Shown here piece after piece: positions 9,795 to 19,774 of a stretch of 64,000 bases of DNA. Location of the stretch: positions 15,898 through 79,897 of the forward strand of contig DUBV01000051.1 of the NCBI GenBank assembly GCA_012960105.1, in the 5' to 3' direction. The position numbers and the translations under genes were made by a program. The first letter of the stretch is position 1, and every line of letters starts with the position of its first letter. The DNA comes from Thiotrichaceae bacterium (GTDB lineage Bacteria; Pseudomonadota; Gammaproteobacteria; Eutrophobiales; Eutrophobiaceae). The notes under the pieces were generated by a model that was not told where the DNA came from, searched no databases, and saw only the letters and a list, made by a program, of their open reading frames with translations.

Positions 9795-10310
9795 ATGAGT
9801 CTACGAAACCTGTTTAAACGCTACCTGCCGCATAAAGAACATATGCAGAAACATGGCAGCTTGCACCTCTTTTCTGACTATTTGCATGATCCAAATATTT
9901 GGCATGTACATCGACGTTCATCTGCTGGTGGTGCCGCTATCGGAATGTTCTGCGCTTTTATCCCTTTGCCTGTACAAACCCTAAGCACGGCAGCACTGGC
10001 CATTATATTTCGAATGAATCTGCCTATCGCCGTCGTATTTTCACTCTTTAGCAATCCGGTCACTATTCCACCTATATTCTTTTTTGCCTATCAAACTGGC
10101 GCAAAGTTACTCGGGGAACAGGAGATTAAAGTTGATTTTACATTTAACTGGGATTGGGCCAGTGAGACATTAATACATATATGGGAACCCTTGTTACTGG
10201 GTTGTTTTATTCTAGGGGCGGTCAGTTCGATGCTGACCTATATAATAATCCGATTGATATGGCGTTTCACAGCTATTGCCAAATGGGGAAAAAGGCGAAA
10301 TCGTAAATAA
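9795..10310 (+). CDS. DUF2062 family membrane protein
   Basis: 171 aa. HRRSSAGGAAIGMFCAFIPLPVQT..FSNPVTIPPIFFFAYQTG is typical of DUF2062. A conserved neighbour of comEC/lolCD in pseudomonads. Confidence 0.7.
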   Translation: MSLRNLFKRYLPHKEHMQKHGSLHLFSDYLHDPNIWHVHRRSSAGGAAIGMFCAFIPLPVQTLSTAALAIIFRMNLPIAVVFSLFSNPVTIPPIFFFAYQTGAKLLGEQEIKVDFTFNWDWASETLIHIWEPLLLGCFILGAVSSMLTYIIIRLIWRFTAIAKWGKRRNRK

Positions 10311-10329
10311 AATTATTGCCCGCCCTTAT

Positions 10330-11010
10330 TTAATCTTCAATCAATACGCCTTCTTTTAATTCGACAACTCGATCTACTCGTTTAGAAAGCTCCAGATTAT
10401 GTGTCACCATAATCAAGCTCGTGCCCAAGCTTTGATTTAACTCTAATATCAAATCAAATACTTGATCGGCGGTTTTTTCATCCAGATTACCTGTCGGTTC
10501 ATCGGCAAGAATACAAGCAGGCTCTGTTACCAAGGCTCTGGCTATCGCGGCTCGTTGTCGTTCACCACCCGATAGTTCTCCCGGACGATGTTGTACTCGG
10601 TCTGACAGGCCAACTTTTTCTAACAAAGCAGCAGCCTTATCCAAAGCTTCATTCGGGTTGTCACGTCTGATTAATAAAGGCATTGCCACATTTTCTAATG
10701 CAGAAAATTCTGGTAACAAATGATGAAATTGATAAATAAAGCCAAGATGTTTATTGCGCATTTCACCGCGTTGCTCATCATTTAAACTGATCATACTTTT
10801 ATTATTAATCAGCACATCACCTTTATCCGGAATATCAAGACCACCTAACAGATGTAACAAGGTGCTTTTACCCGAACCTGAAGCACCAATGATTGCTACG
10901 CTTTCATTTTTTCTAATACTAAAGTTGACGCCATTCAAAACATCAACACGCATTTCGCCTTCACTAAAATGCTTTCCAAGCTCTTTTGTTTCTAACAATA
11001 CATCACTCAT
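10330..11010 (-). CDS. lolD: Lipoprotein-releasing system ATP-binding protein LolD
   Basis: ABC ATPase with Walker [18 protein letters not shown], Walker [12 protein letters not shown] and the LolD-type motif. The ORF track has the start at 11046. Alignment to E. coli LolD favours the internal Met ([15 protein letters not shown]) at 11010, giving an 8-nt overlap with lolC. Confidence 0.88.
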   Translation of the reverse strand: MSDVLLETKELGKHFSEGEMRVDVLNGVNFSIRKNESVAIIGASGSGKSTLLHLLGGLDIPDKGDVLINNKSMISLNDEQRGEMRNKHLGFIYQFHHLLPEFSALENVAMPLLIRRDNPNEALDKAAALLEKVGLSDRVQHRPGELSGGERQRAAIARALVTEPACILADEPTGNLDEKTADQVFDLILELNQSLGTSLIMVTHNLELSKRVDRVVELKEGVLIED

Positions 11011-12286
11011 AGCGTAACGCCTCAGCAGGTTGTGTATCCGCTGCACGCAACGCAGGATAAATTGTGGCTAATAGACACAATGTAAAAGAGATAATGCTGA
11101 TAATAATCACATCGTTCCAATGCATATCCGAAGGAAGGTCACTAATGTAATAAACATCAGCCGATAGAAATTTTTGGCCCATCATTGATTCAATTGCAGG
11201 AATAATTGTTTCAATATTCGAGGCGAGGCAAATCCCCCCTATTACCCCCAAGAAGATACCTACCAAGCCAATAATTGTTCCTTGTAGCATAAAGATTTTA
11301 AGAATACTTCCCGGACTGGCTCCGAGAGTTCTTAATACGGCGATATCAGCTTGTTTATCCGACACCATCATGACTAGCGTTGAAATAATATTAAATGCAG
11401 CAACCGCAACAATAAGTGTCAAGATAACAAACATGACTGTCTTTTCAGTTTTTAATGCACGGAAAAAATTTGCATGGCGTTGCGTCCAATCGACAACCCA
11501 ATAACGACCGGGTAATTGACTAACAATCTCTCTGCTTATAACGGGTGCTCGCAAAATATTACTGGTTTTAAGTCTCAGACCTGTAGGCGATGTTTTACGA
11601 AATAATTTCATGGCATCATCCATATGAATTAATGCTAATGCACTATCAAATTCATGCATGCCTACCTCAAAAATACCCACTAAGGTAAATCGCTTAAGTC
11701 TTGGTAAAATCCCCGCAGGAGTTACATTGGCTTGTGGCGCAACCAAAGTAACTTTATCTCCTACAATAACGCCGAGTTTTCGAGCAAGCTCTTTACCTAA
11801 AACAATATTAAACGCACCGGTCTGTAAATCATTCAAATCACCGTGGATCATTTTCTCAGTGACGATGGCAACTTTGGGTTCTTCTGTTGGCAAAATACCG
11901 CGAATGATTGCGCCATTAACTTGTTTATCTTTCACCAACATGCCTTCAGCATGAATATAGGGCGCAACACCGACTATCTCAGGGTGATGCACAACTTCTT
12001 CAGCAATAGGTTGCCAATCCTTTAAGGTATCCCCATTACCAACAATGGTCGCATGAGATGCCATGCCTAAAATCCGCTCTTTTAGTTCTTTTTCAAAGCC
12101 GTTCATTACCGAAAGCACGGTAATTAATGCCATCACACCCAATGCCAAACCCAGCATTGAGGTCATGGATATAAAGGATATGAAATGATTACGACGGCGT
12201 GCTCTAACATAGCGCAAGCCGATCATGATTTCGAATGAATTAAACATGGCACGCATTATAGGTGTCTTATGCAAAGCTTGAAACAA
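11003..12286 (-). CDS. lolC: Lipoprotein-releasing system permease LolC/LolE (single-copy LolF-type)
   Basis: 427 aa, FtsX-family topology with a large periplasmic loop. Only one permease gene is present, directly upstream of lolD. Confidence 0.85.
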   Translation of the reverse strand: MFQALHKTPIMRAMFNSFEIMIGLRYVRARRRNHFISFISMTSMLGLALGVMALITVLSVMNGFEKELKERILGMASHATIVGNGDTLKDWQPIAEEVVHHPEIVGVAPYIHAEGMLVKDKQVNGAIIRGILPTEEPKVAIVTEKMIHGDLNDLQTGAFNIVLGKELARKLGVIVGDKVTLVAPQANVTPAGILPRLKRFTLVGIFEVGMHEFDSALALIHMDDAMKLFRKTSPTGLRLKTSNILRAPVISREIVSQLPGRYWVVDWTQRHANFFRALKTEKTVMFVILTLIVAVAAFNIISTLVMMVSDKQADIAVLRTLGASPGSILKIFMLQGTIIGLVGIFLGVIGGICLASNIETIIPAIESMMGQKFLSADVYYISDLPSDMHWNDVIIISIISFTLCLLATIYPALRAADTQPAEALRYE

Positions 12287-12369
12287 AATTAATTTTAATT
12301 AAATTGATTGTATTTAGCTGAACATGTATTTTCACCACATAAACTAAACTATTAAAGCAACTCTGTTAA

Positions 12370-13047
12370 ATGAAAATACTGGCAATAGATACAGCAACCG
12401 AAGCTTGTTCTGCGGCACTTGATATTAATGATAGTTGTAGTCAGCGTTTTGAAGTTGCTCCAAGACAACATACTGCTTTAATTCTACCAATGGTCGATGA
12501 ATTACTCAGTGAAGCTGGTATTCAAATAAATGAGCTTGATGCGATAGCCTTTGGACAAGGACCCGGTGCATTTACCGGTGTTCGTATCGCCATAGGTGTT
12601 GTTCAGGGGTTAGCTTTTGCCCATGACCTTCCGGTAATACCCATTTCAACACTAGCAGCATTGGCACAACACTTTGCCAAAGATCAAAACTGTGTGGCGA
12701 CAGCTATTGATGCTCGTATGCAGGAAATTTATTGGGGACTCTATAAAAAGAATGATTCCGGATTAATGCGACTCATTATTGAAGAAAGCGTTTGTGATCC
12801 GAGTGAAGCGATTATTCCTGCGGAGGGAGACTGGTTTGGTGCTGGTAGCGGCTGGAAAACATATTCAGAAGAACTGCAAACCAGATTGTCTAATAAATTT
12901 CTGGGCTTTAACGGTGATATTCTACCCACTGCTGAAGATATTATGACGTTAGCAAAGGCAGATTTACGAGCAGATAAGGCAATTTCAGTTGAACAGGCAA
13001 TGCCAACATACCTAAGGAATAAAGTTGCGATTAAATCACATAAATAA
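12370..13047 (+). CDS. tsaB: tRNA threonylcarbamoyladenosine biosynthesis protein TsaB (YeaZ)
   Basis: 225 aa, MKILAIDTATEACSAAL ... GQGPGAFTGVRIAIGVVQGLA. Confidence 0.9.
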   Translation: MKILAIDTATEACSAALDINDSCSQRFEVAPRQHTALILPMVDELLSEAGIQINELDAIAFGQGPGAFTGVRIAIGVVQGLAFAHDLPVIPISTLAALAQHFAKDQNCVATAIDARMQEIYWGLYKKNDSGLMRLIIEESVCDPSEAIIPAEGDWFGAGSGWKTYSEELQTRLSNKFLGFNGDILPTAEDIMTLAKADLRADKAISVEQAMPTYLRNKVAIKSHK

Positions 13048-13095
13048 GCAATTAATTCAATAGTTTACTATATTAATATAATCTATATCATAGGT

Positions 13096-13905
13096 TTATT
13101 CGAGCACATATACGACTTCCGTTTTTATATTTCCATCCTCTAGAAGCTCTAATTTTCTATATGCCGGTGGTTTATCATCTACGGCATAGACATCGCTTTC
13201 TGGCTTAAACTGTAAACACGTCGATGGTGTACCCAATAAGCGTACATTATTTCTCAACAATTCAAATTCTTGATGAATATGTCCCCATACAAGGGCACGA
13301 ACATGGTCAAATTTATCGATAATACTTAATAATTCCTTTGTGTTTGTTAACGACATTGCATCCATCCACGGGCTATTAATTGGTACAGGATGGTGATGCA
13401 GTGCTATTAAACAATGAGTATTGGCATGCGATGCGAGTGTCGTCTCTAAAAACTCAAGTTCGGAATTCGATAACTCACCACGATGCTCACCTTTGACACA
13501 AGTGTCTAATAGAATAATTAACCACTGCCCTGCTTTAATGACTTTACCGAGACCATATCCATTCATTGTCATGATCTCATTCAATATCTCAGGATCATCA
13601 TGATTACCTGGCAAACAAAAAACAGGAATACTTAAAGTCGATAGATGTTCAGATAATTTATGATAAGAGGTTTTTGTTGCTTCGTGAATCAAATCGCCCG
13701 TTAATAAAATCAAATCAGCATCGGATTCGTTTTCTCTTATATTGTCTATGACTTGAAGCAAACTAACAGAAGTATCAAAACCACTGAATAACGGAGCATC
13801 ATCATCAATAATGTGCGTATCGGTTATTTGAATTATTTTAATGGAACCGCCAGGCTTTATTAAAACTACAGTTCCCTTTTCATTCTTTTCTTTAGAATCA
13901 AACAT
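13096..13905 (-). CDS. cpdA: 3',5'-cyclic-nucleotide (cAMP) phosphodiesterase, class III metallophosphoesterase
   Basis: Colinear with E. coli CpdA/Icc: QITDTH, TGDL, LPGNHD, GELS..LEFLE, LHHHP, GHIHQE, LGTPSTCLQFKP, TEV. Confidence 0.9.
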   Translation of the reverse strand: MFDSKEKNEKGTVVLIKPGGSIKIIQITDTHIIDDDAPLFSGFDTSVSLLQVIDNIRENESDADLILLTGDLIHEATKTSYHKLSEHLSTLSIPVFCLPGNHDDPEILNEIMTMNGYGLGKVIKAGQWLIILLDTCVKGEHRGELSNSELEFLETTLASHANTHCLIALHHHPVPINSPWMDAMSLTNTKELLSIIDKFDHVRALVWGHIHQEFELLRNNVRLLGTPSTCLQFKPESDVYAVDDKPPAYRKLELLEDGNIKTEVVYVLE

Positions 13906-13973
13906 GAACTTCGATTGGTTTATTAAATTTGCCGAATAGAGATAGCTGAGGATAAAAAAGTTTTTTAATGCAC

Positions 13974-14852
13974 TTAACTATTGTATTGAAATATGGAATG
14001 CATTTCATCGGCAAAGCCTTTTAATTTACGTTTGCCCATGTAAGTATATTTTCCAGAATCAGTTTCTTTAATTACTTCGCTCATACTTTTCGTTAGCAAA
14101 CAACGGTTACGGTTTTTTAATTTTTTAATATATTTCCCAGGAACTTCAATATCACGAACCTGTGTTTTTTCTATTCGTGCAGCACGACAAATAGGTATGC
14201 CGGCTCGATCATGTCCATGACTAGGATGAGTTATGCCTGAATCAATTGCGATACGTATATTCGCAGGAAAAAGGTTCTCATTACTGCTTGCTTGCCAATC
14301 TAACAATCTTTTAACTGCTGAAACAGTCGGCACACAGGAATCAAAAACAGCAAGGTAACCATCGCCCATATGTTTTAATAACAATAATTTTTCCTGATCA
14401 TGGCCAATGATATTTGTACGCAACATTTGTGAAATATGATTGATTTCTTCGATATCTCTTTCCATCGAATCACAAATATCAACCAGGCAAACGCCATGAC
14501 TCATGCTGAGCTCATTATTCATTCCATGAAAAGTTTTTAAGGACTTGTCTTCGAAAAGCAGACCTTCTTTATCGCAGGGAGAAATCCAGAGCATCATGTC
14601 AGATAAAAGCACGCAGGTTTTCTCCTGCAGAGGAAGTTCCTGATTTTTAATTACTTTATTATGTAAAACGGTGCCATTAGAACTGCCTGTATCAATGAGA
14701 TCAATTTTACAATGTCTGCGTGATACACAATTACTTGAGCTACGTAAATCATTATCAGGATGTCGGCCAATATGAAAAGGTAAATGAACTTCTGTAAGCC
14801 ACATTGACCAGCCCATATCAAATTCCAACAAGGCTAACCGACGATTTGACAT
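13974..14852 (-). CDS. FHA domain protein fused to a class III adenylyl/guanylyl (nucleotidyl) cyclase-like domain
   Basis: 292 aa. The N-terminus is an FHA core (GRHPDNDL..VSRRHCKI..GSSNGTVLHNKVI). The C-terminus has CHD-like motifs: VCLVDICDSM (beta1, metal Asp), KHMGDGYLAVFDS (metal Asp), IRIAIDSGITH and GIPICRAARIEK (N-x-A-x-R-like). Confidence 0.6.
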   Translation of the reverse strand: MSNRRLALLEFDMGWSMWLTEVHLPFHIGRHPDNDLRSSSNCVSRRHCKIDLIDTGSSNGTVLHNKVIKNQELPLQEKTCVLLSDMMLWISPCDKEGLLFEDKSLKTFHGMNNELSMSHGVCLVDICDSMERDIEEINHISQMLRTNIIGHDQEKLLLLKHMGDGYLAVFDSCVPTVSAVKRLLDWQASSNENLFPANIRIAIDSGITHPSHGHDRAGIPICRAARIEKTQVRDIEVPGKYIKKLKNRNRCLLTKSMSEVIKETDSGKYTYMGKRKLKGFADEMHSIFQYNS

Positions 14853-15078
14853 TAACTGCTCCTGTACTTCCCAAAAAAATAAAAGGAATAAAGATTATTC
14901 TATTTTTATAATTATTTTATAAGATTAAGCATAGTTCATAAACCTATGCATAGCAGTTAAACTATCTTCTAAACAATTATTAATCAAGTCTTATTATTCA
15001 GTACCTTACAAGATTTATTTAAAAATAATGTCACCTATTAAATACATGTCTCTTATAGATGATATTTAAATAGATGTA

Positions 15079-16983
15079 CTAGTGGAAGAAGTTATACACA
15101 TCCTCTATATCATGTGTAATAGGCATTGCAGGTAAGGCATTGATCAATCGTTTTCCATAAGCTTTACTAACAATACGTTTATCACAAATAACACAAACAC
15201 CTCTATCGTTTACATCACGAATTAAACGCCCTATTCCTTGTTTCAAAGCTATGGCCGCTTGTGGCACTTGATAATCCATAAAAGCATTGCCGCCCTGTTT
15301 AGAAAAATAATTTAAACGAGCCTGTAATACAGGATCATCGGGACTAGCAAAAGGTAGTTTATCGATAATAACCAAAGACAAAGCCTCGCCTTTAACATCT
15401 ACTCCCTCCCAAAAACTACTCGTGCCTAATAGTACTGCGTGTTTGGTTTGTCGAAATTGACTTAACAATTCAGATCGCGGTGCACGACCTTGAATAAAAA
15501 TAGGATAGTCAATTGCTTCAGATAACGCTTTTGCGGCCTTATTCAACGCAGCGTGACTGGTAAATAGAACAAAGGCATGGCCTTCGCTGTGAGATAATAG
15601 TTTTATAGTTCTGTCTATAAACGCATCAAAAAAAGTTGGCTGATTCGGCTCGGGTAAATCAACAGGAAGATACAAACAAGTTTGCGTCTGATAATTAAAC
15701 GGACTACTCCATACTTCTGTTAAACATTCTTCAAGACCTAGCTGTCGATTAAAATGATCAAAACTATTGTTAATTGCCAGACTTGCCGAAGTAAAAATAC
15801 TTGTCGCATCATATTCCTTGAGTCTTTGTTGAAATGTTTCTGCGATATTAACTGGCGTTTTATTAAGATAAATATGATTACCGCGTATTTCTAACCAACG
15901 TATTGAATCTTCATTCTTTGTTTCCATATAAGAATCAATATAATTGTAATGCGCTTTTGCACGTTGCCAACAATTATCCAATAATTTTCCACGTTCACTT
16001 GTCGTCTCCAAAATATCTAGTACGACTTGATAAGCTTCTAATAATTTTGGCAACTCAGTTGATAAATTTGTTTTCTCCCAGGTTTCTTTCCAGTTCAGTC
16101 TCTGATCTCTACGACCAAACACTAAACGAACATCGCGTATCGTTTTTTCAAACTTAGCCGATGCTTCGATTAAACCTTGTATGTCTTTCGCTTCTTCACG
16201 AATCGCCGTTTTAATATCGGAAATCAATTCAAGTAACTGACGCGTACCCATGCTCTTACTAAAGTAGGTTGAAGCTAATTCTGGGATCTGATGCGCTTCA
16301 TCAAAAATAATAATATCTGCCAAAGGTAGTACTTCACCAAAACCACTTTCTCGTAAACCCATATCTGCCATCAACATGTGATGATTGGTAATCACCAAAT
16401 CAGATTCTAATGCTTTTTTTCTATTCTTAAATACAAAACAGGCATCAAATTCAGGACAACTTTGTCCTAAACAATTTTCTGTTGTCGAGGTGATTGTTGG
16501 CCGAATAACAGAGTTATCTTCAATCATTCCTAGTTCATTAATATCACCTGTTTTCGTTGACGACGACCATTGCACAACTTCTTGCAAGTCGGACATGTTT
16601 TGATAGCTTAAACCTTTACTATCATTAATTGCCGCATCTAGTCGTTGCAAGCATAGATAATTTGAACGACCTTTCAAAACCATGGTTGTAGCAGGCGAAG
16701 CTAAAGCTTCAAGCACCAGTGGCAAATCTTTTTGATAAAGTTGATCTTGTAAATGACGTGTGCCGGTAGAAACAATAACTTTTTGTCTTGATAACAATGC
16801 GGGCACCAGATAAGCCATGGTTTTGCCCGTACCTGTTCCTGCTTCACAAACCAGACTTTGTCCTTGATTAACGGCAGATAATATTTTCTCCGCCATATCT
16901 TGCTGTTCAGGACGGTGCTGATAACCTTCTATTAATTCGGACAATGCACCGCTATCAGAAAATACTTCTGCAACTGTTTTCAT
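15079..16983 (-). CDS. dinG: ATP-dependent DNA helicase, DinG/YoaA family (Rad3-like Fe-S helicase)
   Basis: 634 aa. Walker A (EAGTGTGKT), DEAH box (FDEAHQ), Fe-S Cys cluster region (CLGQSCPEFDAC), C-terminal helicase motifs. Its size matches YoaA. Confidence 0.8.
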   Translation of the reverse strand: MKTVAEVFSDSGALSELIEGYQHRPEQQDMAEKILSAVNQGQSLVCEAGTGTGKTMAYLVPALLSRQKVIVSTGTRHLQDQLYQKDLPLVLEALASPATTMVLKGRSNYLCLQRLDAAINDSKGLSYQNMSDLQEVVQWSSSTKTGDINELGMIEDNSVIRPTITSTTENCLGQSCPEFDACFVFKNRKKALESDLVITNHHMLMADMGLRESGFGEVLPLADIIIFDEAHQIPELASTYFSKSMGTRQLLELISDIKTAIREEAKDIQGLIEASAKFEKTIRDVRLVFGRRDQRLNWKETWEKTNLSTELPKLLEAYQVVLDILETTSERGKLLDNCWQRAKAHYNYIDSYMETKNEDSIRWLEIRGNHIYLNKTPVNIAETFQQRLKEYDATSIFTSASLAINNSFDHFNRQLGLEECLTEVWSSPFNYQTQTCLYLPVDLPEPNQPTFFDAFIDRTIKLLSHSEGHAFVLFTSHAALNKAAKALSEAIDYPIFIQGRAPRSELLSQFRQTKHAVLLGTSSFWEGVDVKGEALSLVIIDKLPFASPDDPVLQARLNYFSKQGGNAFMDYQVPQAAIALKQGIGRLIRDVNDRGVCVICDKRIVSKAYGKRLINALPAMPITHDIEDVYNFFH

Positions 16984-17063
16984 AGAGTGTAATTAAATAT
17001 AAATAAACGATGCATGAATTAATAAAATGAAATACGAGCGTACTTCATTAATTGAGTATGGAT

Positions 17064-17258
17064 TTAATTAGTTTTGTTTGACCAGATTTCATCCTGTTCC
17101 AGGCCGTTTTGATCTGTCCACAGTAAATCTGATATTAATTTAAACTTAGCCAATGTCATCGCACCTTTTTTATTATTTTTCTTTTTTTCTTCCAGTTCAT
17201 CCAGAATAATATCTCTTTTAGCCATGTAAATTTCTTCCGGCATAAAATCAGCATTCAT
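17064..17258 (-). CDS. Hypothetical small protein (possibly C-terminal part of a frameshifted gene)
   Basis: 64 aa. Its reading frame stays open upstream as far as 17384, overlapping the end of the preceding ORF in another frame. Confidence 0.3.
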   Translation of the reverse strand: MNADFMPEEIYMAKRDIILDELEEKKKNNKKGAMTLAKFKLISDLLWTDQNGLEQDEIWSNKTN

Positions 17259-17296
17259 AATAACCAGAATAATGGCATCCCATTCCTGTTCGGTTT

Positions 17297-17560
17297 TTAA
17301 TTGTCCAAGTCGATGCCCTTGTTTCTTCTCATTAAAATAGCTCGACCTTTGATCTGAACTTTTAAATGCTCGCCATCTTTTTCAAAAACAGCATCATAAC
17401 CGGGAATATTTTCATCATTAGGAAGTAACTTAAGAATAGAAATAGCATCCTGTATCGCTATTTCAGGCGTAACAGGCAATGTTTTACCAATGGCAAGACG
17501 ATATTCTTTAGCAATACGACGGGTCTCAGCAATTAGCTTATCAACTGAATAAATACCCAT
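17297..17560 (-). CDS. Hypothetical small protein
   Basis: 87 aa ORF immediately downstream of epmA on the same strand. No recognisable motif. Confidence 0.35.
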   Translation of the reverse strand: MGIYSVDKLIAETRRIAKEYRLAIGKTLPVTPEIAIQDAISILKLLPNDENIPGYDAVFEKDGEHLKVQIKGRAILMRRNKGIDLDN

Positions 17561-17585
17561 TTTTATAAGTCCTTAGTTAGTATCC

Positions 17586-18545
17586 CTAGTTATTGTCCAA
17601 GGTGAACGTAATCACCTCTTTTATATCATCTTTTCCGGATAAAACCATCAATAAACGATCTATCCCGACAGCAATACCAGCAGTTTTCGGCAAGCCTGAC
17701 TCTAATGCCGCCAAAAAATTGATATCTATCGGAAACTCAAGCAAACCTTTGTCTTTCCTTGTTTTTAATTCAGTTTCAAAACGTTGTTGTTGCTCGTTAG
17801 CATCACATAGTTCATTAAAGCCATTGGCAATCTCCACACCGCCAATAAATAATTCAAAACGTTCTGCAATATAAGGAGGCTCTGGTTTTATTGTCGCTAA
17901 AGCAGCCATACATTGAGGGTAATCATAAATAATAAGCGGCTGACACTCATTGTTTATTTTCTTAATAACCGCTTCTGAAAAAATATAATCAAGTAATGCA
18001 TGTCGATCTTCTGAATCACTACCCCAGCCATATTCTCCGCCTATATCCTGAAGCTGATTTAAAGTTGCCGTATGCGGGTCAATTCGTAGCGATTCTAAAA
18101 ATACCTCAGCGTAGCTCATTTTATCTGGTTTCGGTAAACCAATATCAAGCAATAACTCCGCTAACTCATCCATTAATTGATAATAATCGAACTCCAATCG
18201 ATACCATTCAAGCATACTGAATTCAGCATTATGTCTTTTACCGGAATCTTCATCACGAAACACATGAGTAATTTGATAAATTGATCCTAATTCTGCGGCT
18301 AATAGACGTTTCATACAGAACTCTGGAGAAGTATGCAGATAGAGTGGAACTTCTTTGTGCGCCAGATTATTCGTAAGCATACTTTCTACATAAGGATCGC
18401 TATTGGCATAGTGACTCAACACTGGCGTATCGACTTCAAGTATATGACGACGCATCATAAAGCTACGGATTTGTTGCAACAACGAGGCACGCTGTTTAAT
18501 AAGTTCGAGGCTAGCTGTTGGTCGCCATGAAAGTTCAGAGGTCAT
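17586..18545 (-). CDS. epmA: Elongation factor P--(R)-beta-lysine ligase (PoxA/GenX)
   Basis: 319 aa truncated class II LysRS paralog without an anticodon-binding domain. Motifs FRDEDSGKRHNAEFSMLEWY and the GIAVGIDRLLM motif 3. Confidence 0.9.
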   Translation of the reverse strand: MTSELSWRPTASLELIKQRASLLQQIRSFMMRRHILEVDTPVLSHYANSDPYVESMLTNNLAHKEVPLYLHTSPEFCMKRLLAAELGSIYQITHVFRDEDSGKRHNAEFSMLEWYRLEFDYYQLMDELAELLLDIGLPKPDKMSYAEVFLESLRIDPHTATLNQLQDIGGEYGWGSDSEDRHALLDYIFSEAVIKKINNECQPLIIYDYPQCMAALATIKPEPPYIAERFELFIGGVEIANGFNELCDANEQQQRFETELKTRKDKGLLEFPIDINFLAALESGLPKTAGIAVGIDRLLMVLSGKDDIKEVITFTLDNN

Positions 18546-18614
18546 GGCAAGCGATATTAAGGACTAGCGTATTAAACTACCAGTCATTAATAAACTAGTA
18601 CTGAAGAAAAAGTC

Positions 18615-18848
18615 TTAAGCTCGTAAACGAGTATCTAACTGATCAATAAGTTCTGACCAATCAGAATCTTCAGACAAGGCCTCATGAATAAATTGAGTCT
18701 GTCCGGTATTCCAGAATGATGCTTTTTCAAGAGATAATTCATCGGCAATAGGACGATGCTGATGAATAAACTTATCAACATCAATATCGGCATTAGCTAA
18801 TCCTAATTGAGCGAATAAATCACTCATCGTATGTTCAAAATTTTCCAT
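18615..18848 (-). CDS. DUF2789 family protein
   Basis: 77 aa, LFAQLGL...IDKFIHQHRPI...ASFWNTGQTQFIHEAL.EDSDWSELIDQLDTRLR. Confidence 0.6.
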   Translation of the reverse strand: MENFEHTMSDLFAQLGLANADIDVDKFIHQHRPIADELSLEKASFWNTGQTQFIHEALSEDSDWSELIDQLDTRLRA

Positions 18849-18995
18849 ATTTTTACCCCTTACTCTTAACTTAAATAATAGTAAAAAATAATTAATTTAC
18901 AGAAATTAGACCTGTATTAAATGCAAAAATTCCTTAAAAAAGAACGAATTCAAACAAATATTTGAATCAAATGTATTAAGCTTAAAAGAACTCAA

Positions 18996-19562
18996 TCAAT
19001 CTTTTGCGCGACCGACGTATTCCCCAGTTCGCGTATCGATCTTTACCAGTTCAGATTCAACAAATAGTGGCACTTTTATCACAGCACCCGTTTCCAGGGT
19101 TGCCGGTTTTGTACCACCTTGGGCGGTATCACCGCGAACACCGGGATCCGTATCAGAAATTTGCAGGATAACGAAATTAGGTGCTGCAACGGATAAAGGC
19201 ACATTATTCCATAGCGTGACAATGCACATTTCTTCACCCTTTATCCATTGTTTCGCATCAGCCATGGCGTTTTCATCTGCCTCAAACTGCTCAAAAGTGT
19301 TTTTATCCATGAAATACCACATATCACCATCACTGTAGAGATACTGCATATCCAATTCAATGACATCCGCACCTTCAACAGACTCACCCGATTTATAGGT
19401 TTTTTCCAAAACACGGCCGGTTTTCAAATTACGTAGTTTTACGCGATTAAATGCCTGACCTTTTCCTGGTTTAACAATGTCATTTTCGATAATGGTACAA
19501 GGGGCATTATCAATCATAAGTTTAAGACCTTGTTTAAATTGGTTCGTACTGTAAGTCGCCAT
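18996..19562 (-). CDS. efp: Elongation factor P
   Basis: 188 aa. The KPGKGQAF loop carries the conserved Lys34 that is beta-lysylated. Three OB domains. Confidence 0.95.
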   Translation of the reverse strand: MATYSTNQFKQGLKLMIDNAPCTIIENDIVKPGKGQAFNRVKLRNLKTGRVLEKTYKSGESVEGADVIELDMQYLYSDGDMWYFMDKNTFEQFEADENAMADAKQWIKGEEMCIVTLWNNVPLSVAAPNFVILQISDTDPGVRGDTAQGGTKPATLETGAVIKVPLFVESELVKIDTRTGEYVGRAKD

Positions 19563-19774
19563 TTTTACCTCTTTACAATATAGTGATGTATGAAAACTAT
19601 TACGCTTGCTTATGCGAAGTCAACAAATGCCAAACTATGCGTGGCTGGAAAGCAGCAAATAATAATAAACTGCGCTATTTCACCAGTTTTTGCCTCGCCT
19701 AAGCTACGTTCATAACGTTTTCAACGTTTATAGTTCTAAAAAATCGCAACATCATACATGGAACCAAGTTAAGA

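Noticed and set aside
13096-14852. Pycsar or CBASS-like anti-phage cyclic-nucleotide defence island
   Set aside because: The cyclase is followed by a canonical housekeeping CpdA, not by a CNB/TIR/TM effector. The flanking genes (tsaB, dinG) are core genes, and nothing marks the region as a mobile island. The signalling-module reading is kept as a finding instead.
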